Shown piece after piece: positions 10,390 through 20,248 of a stretch of DNA of 42,820 bases. A model generated the notes under the pieces. It saw only the letters and a list, made by a program, of their open reading frames with translations, ran no database searches and was not told the DNA's origin. The translations under genes were made by a program, and so were the position numbers. Position 1 is the stretch's first letter; every line of letters starts with the position of its first letter. Where the stretch lies: assembly GCA_964560795.1 (NCBI GenBank), contig CAZLNX010000012.1, positions 1 through 42,820 on the forward strand. Reading direction: 5' to 3'. The DNA comes from an uncultured Anaerolineales bacterium. GTDB taxonomy: Bacteria; Chloroflexota; Anaerolineae; Anaerolineales; UBA11858.

Positions 10390-13065
10390 TTATGGTTTCG
10401 TTTTGATGTCTCCCGAAATAATTTCGAATTTTCTCTCGATAATTTCGGTTTTCAAGTCTGCAGGGATCTGAGCACCCCACATAGAGCCATATACAATGTC
10501 AACACCACCATTCTCTAGCGTACCAACAAATTTACCACCTTGAAAGTTACCTTCGACCGCTAATTGTATCGAATCATACACAAAACTACTCATTTTTTTC
10601 AAAACACTTACTAATATATTCTCAGCATATTCAGGATAGAATTCTGACCAGTCGACATCCGATCCTATCAGCCAGCCAGATTCTTGTTCATTTAATGTCA
10701 TTAGGGTTCCGATGCCAACAGTCCCTGCAACCGGGAAAATGATATCAGCACCTTCCGCCAGTAATTCATCAGTCATGGATATACCATCATTCTCGTTATC
10801 ATAATTTCCAACGAATAAACCATCTCGAGCGACAATATCCCAGCCCAACAAGGTGACAGCCAAATTATGCGTATCGTTATAGCCAGCAACTCCTAATGCA
10901 TAACCATCCATAAAATCTGCTACTGCATCCCAATTGGTACCACCAAATACCGCCACCTTACCTGTTTCTGTCATGCCAGCCGCCAGGTAACCAGCCAGAT
11001 ATGCAGCTTCATTGGCCATATAGCTACTGGTTCGAATATTTGGAGTCTCAACCCAAAACATATCTGGGATAACAATAGGCAGAGAAGGATTTTCTTCAGC
11101 AACAGCTATTATTGGGTCTGTGTCCCAAAATCCGATTGGAATGAGCAAATCACAACCTTCGTCGATTGCAATATTTAAGGTTGAGTAATATTCTTCCGCT
11201 TGAAATGCACCATACAGCTTCCCCTGAATACCCAACTCGGCTTCTGCTTGTATGACACCCTTCCAAGCCTCGGCATAATAAGGTGTCTCTGCATTCTCAG
11301 CGCCAGCCACAATTTGGCAAGCTAGAAAGTCGCTTTCAATTGGTAAATCCTGTGTGGGTGCAGTTTTTTTACTCCCTAGAGAACACTCACCATAATTTTC
11401 TAATTGCAAGGTACCTGTTCCCGCCAGAGCGTGGAAACCCCAAGCATCTCCTTCCAAATCTGGTGGAGTGGTTTTCCATTCAACTCGTCTGTCAGGATTG
11501 TCTCTCTCAGAAATGATGATTTTCACATCTCCGACCTGATCCACGATGATAAGCAGGTTGTACCATGTTTCTGGATCGGCCCCCAGGCTAACCTGATCAT
11601 TTACCACCCATTCCTCGGCTTCCTGAAGGAAAAAATGAGGACCATCATTGATGTTGAGGGCAATGCGTTTATAACTTTCTGTGTTGTGTTCTCCACTGGT
11701 TATACCTAAGCGGATATCATCAAGGCCTGGATAGAAATAATAATCGACAAACATACACTCGCCATTGGTAATGCTATTACTACTACGGAGTAGCAAATCC
11801 GACCAATTATCACCATTTATTTCCAGCGCGCCTTTGTTGAATGTAGTCACCCCACGGTACGTCCAATACTCATCGGATAAGGTGTCAAAAACTTCACTGA
11901 AGGTAAGTTTGGGATCTACAAAGAGATCATACAGGACTGCAGGCAGTTCGACAAGTTCAGCCGCGGGTTCTTCTGTGGCAGTCGAGGATGGCGTGTGTGT
12001 ACTTGTCAAAGTGGGGGCAGGGGTAAAGGTCAACGTAGGTTGGGGCGAAGGTGAAGATACGTATATAACAGTGCTGGTGGCAATAGGTTGGGAAGTTGTC
12101 GTATCCTCCTGTGCACCCGGCATTGGATCAAGACTCGGTGGCAGGATGCCGCCAAGGAACAATCCAAAGACGACAAGAAGAACAACTCCAGCGGTAACGA
12201 TTGACCAAATTGGGAATTTCTTCTTATTCGTACACCCCTCCAACAAATCAACCAATTGGCTTCCATTCGAGGGCCGTTCTTCAGGGACTTTGGTTAGAGA
12301 GCGAGCAATTAAATCGTCTAAGCAAGTGGATACCTCATCTCGCAGTGAACTGACCTTAGTACCAGGTTGATTTTTGTATATCCGGCCTGTCAGGAGTTCA
12401 AATAAAATCGCACCTAGGGCATAAATATCAGATGCCGATGATAGATATTTATTGGTGTTTTCCTGCTCTGGGCTCATATACCCCGGCGTTCCGGGATGTG
12501 CCGGTGCCAGGGATCCCAATCTAGTTCGCATGCTGGGCCCGCCGGGCACCTGCGCCAGGCCGAAATCGGCTACCTTGGCGCGGCCTTTATCATCAAACAG
12601 TATGTTAGTGGGCTTCAAATCTCTGTGAACAGCGTCCAAATTGTGCAGTTCGGCCAATCCGATGGCAATGTCGATAGCGATACGCACGGCTTCATCAATG
12701 GGAAAAGGGATCTTTTCATGCTTTGCCTTCGCAATGCGCTCTGCCAGGCTGCCTCCGGGGGCATATTCCATCTCCAGGTACAGCTGGTCCCCATCCTTGT
12801 GGAAATCGTGCACCTGCAGCAAATTGGGGTGCGGTGTCGGGGAGTTCAGCTTGGCGCCCAATTGGGCTTCCAGCTGGAAGCGGCCCTGGAAATCGCTAAA
12901 CTCGGTGCTGCCCACCCCCGGCGCTTCCCGGTGGAGCACTTTCAAGGCACGCGGCACATTCAGTTCCATGTGTGTAACGCGATAAACCTCGGCAAAGGCT
13001 CCCCGCCCGATAAGTTCCTCGATGCGGTATTTCTCGAGAATAATGTCACCTTGTTTGTAGGTCAT
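10390..13065 (-). CDS. Ser/Thr protein kinase fused via TM and PT-linker to an extracellular Bmp/PnrA-family (basic membrane protein, nucleoside-binding) domain
   Basis: N-terminal EKYRIEELIGRGAFAEVY, HRDLKPTNILF, DFGLAQ and SPEQ motifs. TM segment IVTAGVVLLVVFGLFLGG. The C-terminal roughly 350 aa contain ...VAVFGGTNWDAVADFMDGY...IIFPVAGTVGIG...WLIGSDVDW..., typical of BMP family ABC-transporter substrate-binding proteins. Confidence 0.8.
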   Translation of the reverse strand: MTYKQGDIILEKYRIEELIGRGAFAEVYRVTHMELNVPRALKVLHREAPGVGSTEFSDFQGRFQLEAQLGAKLNSPTPHPNLLQVHDFHKDGDQLYLEMEYAPGGSLAERIAKAKHEKIPFPIDEAVRIAIDIAIGLAELHNLDAVHRDLKPTNILFDDKGRAKVADFGLAQVPGGPSMRTRLGSLAPAHPGTPGYMSPEQENTNKYLSSASDIYALGAILFELLTGRIYKNQPGTKVSSLRDEVSTCLDDLIARSLTKVPEERPSNGSQLVDLLEGCTNKKKFPIWSIVTAGVVLLVVFGLFLGGILPPSLDPMPGAQEDTTTSQPIATSTVIYVSSPSPQPTLTFTPAPTLTSTHTPSSTATEEPAAELVELPAVLYDLFVDPKLTFSEVFDTLSDEYWTYRGVTTFNKGALEINGDNWSDLLLRSSNSITNGECMFVDYYFYPGLDDIRLGITSGEHNTESYKRIALNINDGPHFFLQEAEEWVVNDQVSLGADPETWYNLLIIVDQVGDVKIIISERDNPDRRVEWKTTPPDLEGDAWGFHALAGTGTLQLENYGECSLGSKKTAPTQDLPIESDFLACQIVAGAENAETPYYAEAWKGVIQAEAELGIQGKLYGAFQAEEYYSTLNIAIDEGCDLLIPIGFWDTDPIIAVAEENPSLPIVIPDMFWVETPNIRTSSYMANEAAYLAGYLAAGMTETGKVAVFGGTNWDAVADFMDGYALGVAGYNDTHNLAVTLLGWDIVARDGLFVGNYDNENDGISMTDELLAEGADIIFPVAGTVGIGTLMTLNEQESGWLIGSDVDWSEFYPEYAENILVSVLKKMSSFVYDSIQLAVEGNFQGGKFVGTLENGGVDIVYGSMWGAQIPADLKTEIIERKFEIISGDIKTKP

Positions 13066-13179
13066 ATGAGAATTCTGAAAAACCTTTATCTTAGTAATAA
13101 AATTATTTATCGATTAGGTTCAAATTCATTATGCGCGCTCAGAAGTCCAGTACGCCCTTCGGGCGCAGCAACCAGTATT

Positions 13180-13216
13180 CCAGACCTGCCCTGAGCATGT
13201 CGAAGGGATCAGGGCG
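13180..13216. repeat. Conserved 3'-flank motif (CCAGAC-T-CCCTGAGCRTGTCGAAGGGATCAGG) immediately downstream of a kinase-FGE stop codon. The second copy is at 23298-23334.
   Basis: Two copies about 90 percent identical, in the same position relative to paralogous genes. Confidence 0.45.
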
Positions 13217-13230
13217 CCCCCTACGCTTCG

Positions 13231-15162
13231 CTACGGGGACGCCGAGCGAGCACAGCGAAAACCGAAGCCGTCCCCGGTATTACCTGGTGAGCTCCTGATG
13301 CGATCCGCAGAGCGCACGAACCAATCACTACTGTACCAGGAGCCGCCGCGCACAACACAGCTGTCCCCAGAATCGGGGCCTTGCGGATACACGGATGGAG
13401 AGTTTTTATAGTATCCACCATCATACCAATCTGCTACCCACTCCCAAACATTGCCGGCCATGTTATATAAGCCAAAGGGACTGACCCCGCCTGGATAACT
13501 ACCTACGGCGCTTGTATCTGTAACGCAATTGCCATAACTTGCCAGATCACAATTAATCCCTTCGCCCCATGGATAAGTACGCCCATCGGTGCCGCGGGCG
13601 GCCTTTTCCCACTCTGCTTCAGTGGGTAAACGCGCCCCGCGCCATTCGCAATAGTCATTGGCATCATCCCAACTAACGTAGATCACCGGGTAGTCTTCAT
13701 ATTGCGAGTTGCCATAGTAATTGTCCCGCGTGTAAGATTCTGTGCTTCTGGGCGGGTCGCATACTCCTGCATCCACACATGTAGAATATTGAGCATTGGC
13801 TACTTCGTATTTGTCAATATAGTAGGCATCCAGCGTAACTGCATGTACGGGGGATTCATCATTATCGCCATCATCGCTGCCCATCTCGAACAGCCCGGCG
13901 GGTACCAATACCATGGGGACGCTGTAATCATCCGTGATATTGGGTAGCAAGGCCGCTGCTTCCTGTGCTTCAGTTTCGACGACTGGCTCTGGCTCGGCAA
14001 ATGGCTCTGGTTCTGGAACCTTCGGCCAAAATATTATCCCCAACACCATAATAACCACGATAATCCCAACCCATACTCGCCAATCCTGCCACCAGGGAGC
14101 ATTCATCTTTCGGCTGTCAGTTTTTAGTTTTCTGATAAACACTGACTGCTCGCTGCTGACCGCTGATGGCCTTTCTCGTTCCCGGAGAGGTTGTTCATCA
14201 GCCGCCTTGTGAAGCACTTTTCCTGGTTTATGGCGCGCCTTTTCCTCAGCATCACGTTTGGCACGAGCTTCTGTCTCGCGCATTGCTGCTTCCTGGGCAT
14301 TTCGCTGCGCTTGCGCTTCTGTTTCAAGTCTGGTGTACTCTTTATCTGGGGTTTCTAAACCTGCCAGTGTTGTCGCGAGTGTTTTAATGCCTTCGTATCT
14401 TTCCCCGGGTTCTTTTTTCAGCCCCCGCGAGAGTACGGCTTGTAAACTCGAAGGAATCCCCTGTGGCCAACTACCCTGGAACTCGGGCTCCTTGATCAGG
14501 TGCTTGGTGATGATCTCCTGCGGAGTGGACCCGCCAAAAAGGGTTTCACCGGTAACGGTTTCGTAGAGCACACACGCAAGAGCATACAGGTCGCTGGCCG
14601 GGGTAGCTTCCTCACCATTCCATATCTCCGGAGCGATATAGGCTGGGGTTCCTAACAAAGCACCTGTATGCGTGGTGATGCCCGTGTTCATCATCGCCCG
14701 CACCAGACCGAAATCGGTCAGCACGTAGTCGCAGTTCTTTGATTGGATAATATTGCTGGGCTTGACATCCCGGTGCAGGAATCCTTCAGCATGGGCATAA
14801 TCAAGGGCTTCGCCAATATGCGCCCACATGTGCAGCACTTCCTCCCAGGGCAAAGGGCCATCTTCCTGCAGCACCTGGCCGAGCGAACGCCCAGCGAAAT
14901 AACGCATGGCGATGAAATAGCGCCCCTCTTCCTCGCCAATTTCGAAAACGGTGGCGATATTGGGATGAAACAGTACCGCCGCGGCGCGGGCTTCCTGGCG
15001 GAAGCGCTCAAAGGTAGATGGGTCTGCAACCAACGCAGGTTTGAGAAGCTTGAGAGCGACTTCGCGTTCCAAGGAAGTATCCACAGCACGATAAACTTCA
15101 GCAGTAGCGCCCTCACCAAGCAGATTTTTGATTTTGTATTTGCCGATATGCTCTATTGCCAT
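13231..15162 (-). CDS. Ser/Thr protein kinase fused to an FGE-sulfatase (SUMF1-like) domain, with E/A/R-rich helical linker and one TM
   Basis: Kinase motifs [16 protein letters not shown] and APE. TM segment [18 protein letters not shown]-terminal ...[13 protein letters not shown]...RGGSW...GFGFRCARS is an FGE-sulfatase signature. Confidence 0.9.
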   Translation of the reverse strand: MAIEHIGKYKIKNLLGEGATAEVYRAVDTSLEREVALKLLKPALVADPSTFERFRQEARAAAVLFHPNIATVFEIGEEEGRYFIAMRYFAGRSLGQVLQEDGPLPWEEVLHMWAHIGEALDYAHAEGFLHRDVKPSNIIQSKNCDYVLTDFGLVRAMMNTGITTHTGALLGTPAYIAPEIWNGEEATPASDLYALACVLYETVTGETLFGGSTPQEIITKHLIKEPEFQGSWPQGIPSSLQAVLSRGLKKEPGERYEGIKTLATTLAGLETPDKEYTRLETEAQAQRNAQEAAMRETEARAKRDAEEKARHKPGKVLHKAADEQPLRERERPSAVSSEQSVFIRKLKTDSRKMNAPWWQDWRVWVGIIVVIMVLGIIFWPKVPEPEPFAEPEPVVETEAQEAAALLPNITDDYSVPMVLVPAGLFEMGSDDGDNDESPVHAVTLDAYYIDKYEVANAQYSTCVDAGVCDPPRSTESYTRDNYYGNSQYEDYPVIYVSWDDANDYCEWRGARLPTEAEWEKAARGTDGRTYPWGEGINCDLASYGNCVTDTSAVGSYPGGVSPFGLYNMAGNVWEWVADWYDGGYYKNSPSVYPQGPDSGDSCVVRGGSWYSSDWFVRSADRIRSSPGNTGDGFGFRCARSASP

Positions 15163-15220
15163 ATGCTCTCATCATCCTGTTACTCGGGACAGGGAGAATC
15201 ATTCAATGATTCAATAGTAT

Positions 15221-15403
15221 TCATGCTGGTGTATGCCTTATAAGTACATCCATGGCACGCGACATCTTTAGACTAAGATGTGTGAATGGATAAACTTCTG
15301 CAAAGGCTCCCTTGCCGATGAGTTCTTCGAAGCGGTATTTGTTGAGTCTAATTTCGCCATTGTTGTAATGCATATTATTCCTTGAATGGGGGCAAATATC
15401 CAC
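15221..15403 (-). pseudogene. Remnant of a kinase gene 5' end, about 50 codons
   Basis: MHYNNGEIRLNKYRFEELIGKGAFAEVYPFTHLSLKMSRAMDVL aligns to the N-termini of the 10390..13065 and 1..1248 kinases, then terminates. Confidence 0.45.
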
Positions 15404-17473
15404 TTACGGTGTCGCAGAGCGAGCACAACGAAAACCGAGATCCCAGTTTGACACACTAGGTCCATAATACATACGAGATGTTGGTTCTGTGTAAATCCAC
15501 CATGAGCCACCTCGGTAAATTTTATACTCTCCATTAGTTGGTCCCTTTGGATTAATACTTGGAGAATACTCATAATAATCTTGGTCATACCAATCAGCCA
15601 CCCATTCCCAGACGTTTCCAGCCATATCCAGTACACCATATGGACTGGTACCATCAGGATAAGACCCTACTGCTACAGGAAATACCACACAATCTCTAAA
15701 ATTTGCTCTGTTACAGAAGTCGGTAGCCTCTCCCCAAGGATAGGTACGTTCGTCCGGACCTCTAGCGGCCTTCTCCCACTCTGCTTCTGTAGGCAAACGC
15801 GCCCCTCGCCAATTGCAGTAAGTATTGGCATCATTCCAACTAACATATACAACTGGATAATCAACATATTTAGTGTCATCGAAATAGTTTTCGAAATTTA
15901 CGCTTGTTTTTATCGGTAAAGCACAAGCACCTTCATTTACACACACCTTGTAGTTTGCATTAGTAACTTCAAATTGGTCTATGTAGTAGCCATCCAATGT
16001 CACAATGTGAATAGGTTGTTCATTATTTTTGCTATTTTCATTTCCCATCGCGAAAGGGCCTGGTGGAATCAGCACCATATTATCAATATTTGATATCTGA
16101 GCCGAACCAGAATCTAATATCTGTTCAGAAATTCCATCTGGTTCAAGAGTCTTAGTAGACGTAACTTTATTTTCTATTACAACTAGTTCAGGAGTATTGG
16201 TAGATGTAGTAATATTTTCTAACGCAACCGGCTCAGAGTTTGGTTTGCTAACTGCATTCAATACTACTGTGACCAAAAAAAGGCCTAACAGCATCAACCC
16301 TATCCCGCCTCCCCAAGCAGCCGGGTGCTTCCACCACGATGTTTGCGTTACTTTTTTCTTCGGTGCAGTTTGGTAAGTAGTTTTTTGTTTTTTTATTTCA
16401 TCTTGAGGGCTCTCCAGGGTAGTAATACTTTCGATTTCCGGAACCTCATTCTGTTTCCGCTTTTCTTCCTGCAATTCACGTTCACGCTTCGCCTTCTCTT
16501 CAACTTCTTGCTTTGTAGGTTGCTCTGCTTCTCGGCTGGCAGCTTCCTCTGCGGCTATTCGATTGGCTTCTTCCTCGGCGGCTTCAAGGCGCATGCGCTC
16601 TTCTTCTTGAAAAACTCCCGCTTCAGCTTCCAATCGAGCTTGTTCCTGTGCAGGAGTTTCGAGATCAGACAGTGCAACCTGGAATCTCTCCAGACTGAAG
16701 TACCGATCTTTAACTTTCATTGCCAGGGCTTTAGTCAGCACTTCAGTCAATGCTTTTGGGGTGTCAGCAAACCAGTTATCTGGCAACTGCGGCCTATCCA
16801 AGACATGTCTGGTCATGATCTCCGGCGGGCTCTCACCATCGAAGAGTACCTCCCCGGTGAGCATCTCGTAGAACACGCAAGCCAGGCTGTAGATATCCGT
16901 TGCCGGCGTGACATCCTGACCACGCCAGACTTCGGGAGCCATGTAGGGTGGCGTGCCGATCATACCCCCGCTTGCACTGAGCGAAGCGCTGCGCGTGCCG
17001 GTGATGGCTTTAGCGAAACCGAAGTCCGAGAGCCTGGCATTACCACTCTCTTCGAATAAGACGTTGCCCGGCTTGACATCGCGATGGATCAACTGCTTGG
17101 GCTGGTTGTGGGAAAAGTCCAAGGCCTCGCTGATTTGACGGGTGATCTCCAGGGCACGCTCGAAGGGGAGCCGACCTTCACTGGTAATAAGCTCTTTCAA
17201 AGAGCCGCCCGGCATGTACTTCATCACCAGGAAGTAAGACCCCTCATATTCTCCCAGTTCGTAGACCGGCACAATGTGGGGATGCTCGATGCGAGCGGCG
17301 AATTTGGCCTCCCGGCGAAAGCGTTCGATGAATTCCGGATCAGAGATCAATGCCGGGTGCAGCACTTTGACGGCGCGCTCGACATCCAGCACGGTCTCAC
17401 GGGCACGGTAGACCGTGCCATAGCCGCCGCGGCCGAGTTCTTCTAGTAGTTCGTATTTACCAAGTTTTGTCAT
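15404..17473 (-). CDS. Ser/Thr protein kinase fused to an FGE-sulfatase domain, with charged E/A/R linker and one TM
   Basis: LGRGGYGTVYRA, HRDVKPGNVLF, DFGFAK and APE motifs. TM segment GGGIGLMLLGLFLVTVVL. C-terminal [13 protein letters not shown]...RGGSWW...LGFRCARS. Confidence 0.9.
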   Translation of the reverse strand: MTKLGKYELLEELGRGGYGTVYRARETVLDVERAVKVLHPALISDPEFIERFRREAKFAARIEHPHIVPVYELGEYEGSYFLVMKYMPGGSLKELITSEGRLPFERALEITRQISEALDFSHNQPKQLIHRDVKPGNVLFEESGNARLSDFGFAKAITGTRSASLSASGGMIGTPPYMAPEVWRGQDVTPATDIYSLACVFYEMLTGEVLFDGESPPEIMTRHVLDRPQLPDNWFADTPKALTEVLTKALAMKVKDRYFSLERFQVALSDLETPAQEQARLEAEAGVFQEEERMRLEAAEEEANRIAAEEAASREAEQPTKQEVEEKAKRERELQEEKRKQNEVPEIESITTLESPQDEIKKQKTTYQTAPKKKVTQTSWWKHPAAWGGGIGLMLLGLFLVTVVLNAVSKPNSEPVALENITTSTNTPELVVIENKVTSTKTLEPDGISEQILDSGSAQISNIDNMVLIPPGPFAMGNENSKNNEQPIHIVTLDGYYIDQFEVTNANYKVCVNEGACALPIKTSVNFENYFDDTKYVDYPVVYVSWNDANTYCNWRGARLPTEAEWEKAARGPDERTYPWGEATDFCNRANFRDCVVFPVAVGSYPDGTSPYGVLDMAGNVWEWVADWYDQDYYEYSPSINPKGPTNGEYKIYRGGSWWIYTEPTSRMYYGPSVSNWDLGFRCARSATP

Positions 17474-17485
17474 AAGAGATATAAT

Positions 17486-17520
17486 CCACTAATCTTCGCT
17501 AATTATCGCTAATAGAAAAT
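17486..17520 (-). promoter_or_regulatory. Promoter-proximal tandem TCGCTAA(T) 10-bp direct repeats upstream of the kinase-FGE gene
   Basis: ccactAATCTTCGCTAATTATCGCTAATAGAAAAT lies 13 nt upstream of the ATG at about 17471-17473. A near-identical block sits upstream of the M48 peptidase gene at 31046-31080. Confidence 0.4.
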
Positions 17521-17562
17521 ATTGGTGAAGATCAGCGATAATTCGCGGTTTCTTTTTATCTG

Positions 17563-17640
17563 CAAATCTACGCGAATGTGTGCTAATTGTTTTTATAATA
17601 TTCGCGGGTGTTAGCGTCCATTCGCGGATCTTTTCGTAAG
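17563..17640. repeat. About 75 bp direct repeat, copy 1. Contains CGCGAAT...ATTCGCGG inverted octamers. The second copy is at 18037-18110.
   Basis: AATCTACGCGAATGT-TGCTAA-TT-TTTTTATA-TATTCG-G-GTT...ATTCGCGG is shared by both copies. ATTCGCGG also occurs at 17541, 17600, 17620 and 18091. Confidence 0.55.
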
Positions 17641-18018
17641 TACCATACGTTTCCAATCAAGCTCGCCTTGACTGCCAAAGTTGATCAACAGGCCCACCTG
17701 CTTTCCTGTCGCTTTCAGGTAATTCAGCAATTGTGATTCTTCGCGCCCAGTCAAATTTTTGAGTTCTTTGATCTCGATGATGATTTCATCATACGCTAAG
17801 AAATCGGCTTAGTAGCTGCTCTTCAAAAGTATTCCATCGTAATACACTTTTATCGGAGTTTGGGCCACAAAAGTGATAGTGCGTCTATTTAGCCAATCTC
17901 CAGGGCTTCCTGGTACACAGCTTCTAGGAAACCGGGACCGAGCGAGTTGTATACTGCCATAGCTGCCCCAATGATGGCATAGACTTCTTGTTTGAAGATC
18001 AAATCGCCCACAATTCAT
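17640..18018 (-). pseudogene. GxxExxY-family (PD-(D/E)XK-like) gene remnant with at least two frameshifts or stops
   Basis: Three minus-strand frames give [38 protein letters not shown], then NRRTITFVAQTPIKVYYDGILLKSSY*, then AYDEIIIEIKELKNLTGREESQLLNYLKATGKQVGLLINFGSQGELDWKRMV. Joined, these match the GxxExxY family consensus. Confidence 0.55.
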
Positions 18019-18036
18019 TATCTCCAATTCATCCAC

Positions 18037-18110
18037 CAATCTACGCGAATGTTCGCTAAATTTTTTTTATATTCGTGTTTATTGGCGTGAATTCGCGGTT
18101 CACATGCCTT
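18037..18110. repeat. About 75 bp direct repeat, copy 2. Overlaps the stop codon of the flotillin-like gene.
   Basis: See copy 1. Confidence 0.55.
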
Positions 18111-20211
18111 CGAACTTATGACCACAGTGGTCGCAGAACTTGGCATCAACAAAAACGGACAAAGCGCAAGTAGGGCAGTCTTTCTGGGGAGTCTGCTCCT
18201 GGGGCGCGCCATCGGTAGAAATCATCTGCGGACCGCCTGCGCCTGTGCCGGTGATAATCACAGGAGTCCCGCCCGATCCTTTAGCAAAAGCCTGGGCTAT
18301 CTCAGCCATACGATCCATGGCGCGTTCTGTGGTTTCTTTTGCCCGCGCGGAGGATTTGTCCCAGGCTTCAATGGTTGCGCGCTCGCTGGCATCTTTCTCG
18401 GCCAGGAGCTTTTCGTACATTTCGCGCTCACGATCGCTGGCATTGCCTTCGGCTATGGCGCGGAACTTTTCCTCCAATGCTTTGGCGACTTCAGGTGAAC
18501 GTTCTGCCGCCATGGCCAGGATTTCGCCTTCGTTCTTGCCTTTCATGACCTCCGTGCGCTTCAAATCCGCGATGATGCGCCCTTGCTCAGCGTCTGAGAC
18601 AGCTATCAAAGCCTCTGCTCCCATAGCAGCCAGGCGATCCATTCGCTGCAATTCGAACTCGTGCTGAACACGCAATTGCCCTAACTGAATCTCGTTCTCA
18701 GAGCGCAGCTTATCAAGGTGCATCTTGAGCTCGTGTTCACGCTCTTCGAAGCGCAGGCGCATTTTGTGCTCTTGCTGCGGCCAAAGCAGTTCCTGCTGGG
18801 CGCGCTTGGCGAGGTCGATCTCATCCATGGTTTCCTGCACAGCCCATTTATGCTCCCATTCGAACTGTTTGCGTTTATGTTCGTCGAAAGCGCTCTGCTT
18901 TTCAAGCTCGAACTCCCATTCCTGGGCTTTCAAGACGTATTCCTGTTCGGCCCGCTTGCGTTCCAGATCCAGTTCGAATTCCTGCTCCTTCATCTCCAGA
19001 TCGGAGCGCAACTTGAACTCTATTGCCCGTATTTCATAGGTCTGCTCAACCTCCAGCTTTGCCAGTAGGTGAGCACGGGCTTTGGCGTGGTCTTCAGCCT
19101 CTTCCGCCCAGGTGCGCAGCAGGTCTTCGCGTTCTTTCTCTCGCAGGAGCTTGTCGTAGTCAATATCATTGAGAAATTCCTCGAATTCGGCCACCGAGGA
19201 AACCTCGTTCATGCGGTCGCTCATCACAGCCTGGCGCATGCGTTGGTACAGCTCAACCCGGCGCTCTTCATTTTCAACCTTTTGGGTTTCTTCGGCCAGT
19301 TCCGCTAGATCCAGCTCCTTTTGCGCATCTACCCAGGACTTACGGCCTTCCACTTCGGCTGCCGCTTCAGCAACCTGTAAGGTATATTTACTTTGTATCC
19401 CCTTGATACGATCGATATGCTCCAGATTTAATTCCAGCACCCGCACGTGCAGAAATGCCAGCCCGAGCTGTGAAAATGTGGTCTCCAGGGATTCATCCAG
19501 CAGCAGTTCGAGTCTATCCTTCAATTTGAAATCATCAGCCAGCGCCTGAACCGTGTGTTGGCGCACCCAGCGTTCAACAACCTGCGCAACCTCAGGATAG
19601 AGATATTGACGCAGGTCTTCTTTTGAGATACGCACGCGGCCCTTTAGCATATTAACCAAAAAATTACCCGGCATCTCTACCTGAGCCTGAAAGCGAATCG
19701 TGGCGCCTATGCGCAGCGGATCACTGGTGAAAATACCACCCAGGTGAAAGTCGAATTCGGTTGGAGTAACCTCCACCAACAGGGCAGTGATGCTTTCTGG
19801 AATGCGCCCAGAGAACCAATCGCTGATAAGCCCGCCCAGGCTGTCCAGGTTGTACTCGCCGGGCGCCACTGTTCCCACAACAACGCCTTTGTCCACTAGC
19901 AGCGCATTCGTTCCAGGATCAATAATCAGGCCGCGGTTGAGTAAGCCCGGAAGATCATCAGCGTCAATCTTCACGGCAAAATCTTCCTCTCGGCGAGCCC
20001 AACGGTGATTGCGCACATTGGGGGCCGAGCTGGCGCTCATTTCCTCGCCGCAGTTTTTGCAATAGGCGGCATTGGCACGGTTTTCGGTGCGGCAAGCGCC
20101 GCAGAGCTGCACGCCGCTCGCAAACGCCGAGCCGCATTTCCCGCAAAAATTGGCATCCTTGGTATTTTTTTCCCCGCATTGGGGGCAGGTTTGACGATTC
20201 CCGAATATCAT
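18100..20211 (-). CDS. SPFH/flotillin-like protein with N-terminal double zinc ribbon, long E/K/R coiled coil and C-terminal zinc ribbon
   Basis: N-terminal CPQCG..CGKCG..CGAC..CKNCG. SPFH-like core ...IGATIRFQAQVEMPGNFLVNML.... Flotillin-like EA/ER-rich coiled coil of about 300 aa. C-terminal CPTCA...CDHCGH. Confidence 0.7.
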   Translation of the reverse strand: MIFGNRQTCPQCGEKNTKDANFCGKCGSAFASGVQLCGACRTENRANAAYCKNCGEEMSASSAPNVRNHRWARREEDFAVKIDADDLPGLLNRGLIIDPGTNALLVDKGVVVGTVAPGEYNLDSLGGLISDWFSGRIPESITALLVEVTPTEFDFHLGGIFTSDPLRIGATIRFQAQVEMPGNFLVNMLKGRVRISKEDLRQYLYPEVAQVVERWVRQHTVQALADDFKLKDRLELLLDESLETTFSQLGLAFLHVRVLELNLEHIDRIKGIQSKYTLQVAEAAAEVEGRKSWVDAQKELDLAELAEETQKVENEERRVELYQRMRQAVMSDRMNEVSSVAEFEEFLNDIDYDKLLREKEREDLLRTWAEEAEDHAKARAHLLAKLEVEQTYEIRAIEFKLRSDLEMKEQEFELDLERKRAEQEYVLKAQEWEFELEKQSAFDEHKRKQFEWEHKWAVQETMDEIDLAKRAQQELLWPQQEHKMRLRFEEREHELKMHLDKLRSENEIQLGQLRVQHEFELQRMDRLAAMGAEALIAVSDAEQGRIIADLKRTEVMKGKNEGEILAMAAERSPEVAKALEEKFRAIAEGNASDREREMYEKLLAEKDASERATIEAWDKSSARAKETTERAMDRMAEIAQAFAKGSGGTPVIITGTGAGGPQMISTDGAPQEQTPQKDCPTCALSVFVDAKFCDHCGHKFEGM

Positions 20212-20248
20212 GGCTTTCTCCTTTACAAAATTAAGTCATTGGCTTTGA

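Noticed and set aside
13150-13166. GCGCCC-TTCG-GGCGC tetraloop hairpin
   Set aside because: It is a neat 5-6 bp hairpin but is not followed by a U-tract on either strand. Its position upstream of the kinase start makes a terminator role unlikely, and it is too short to call.
12496-13194. 232-aa plus-strand ORF
   Set aside because: It is antisense to the kinase domain of 10390..13065 and is a shadow ORF.
16325-17059. 244-aa plus-strand ORF
   Set aside because: It is antisense to kinase gene 15404..17473. The Leu/Phe-rich product is produced by the antisense of the E/A/R codon-rich linker.
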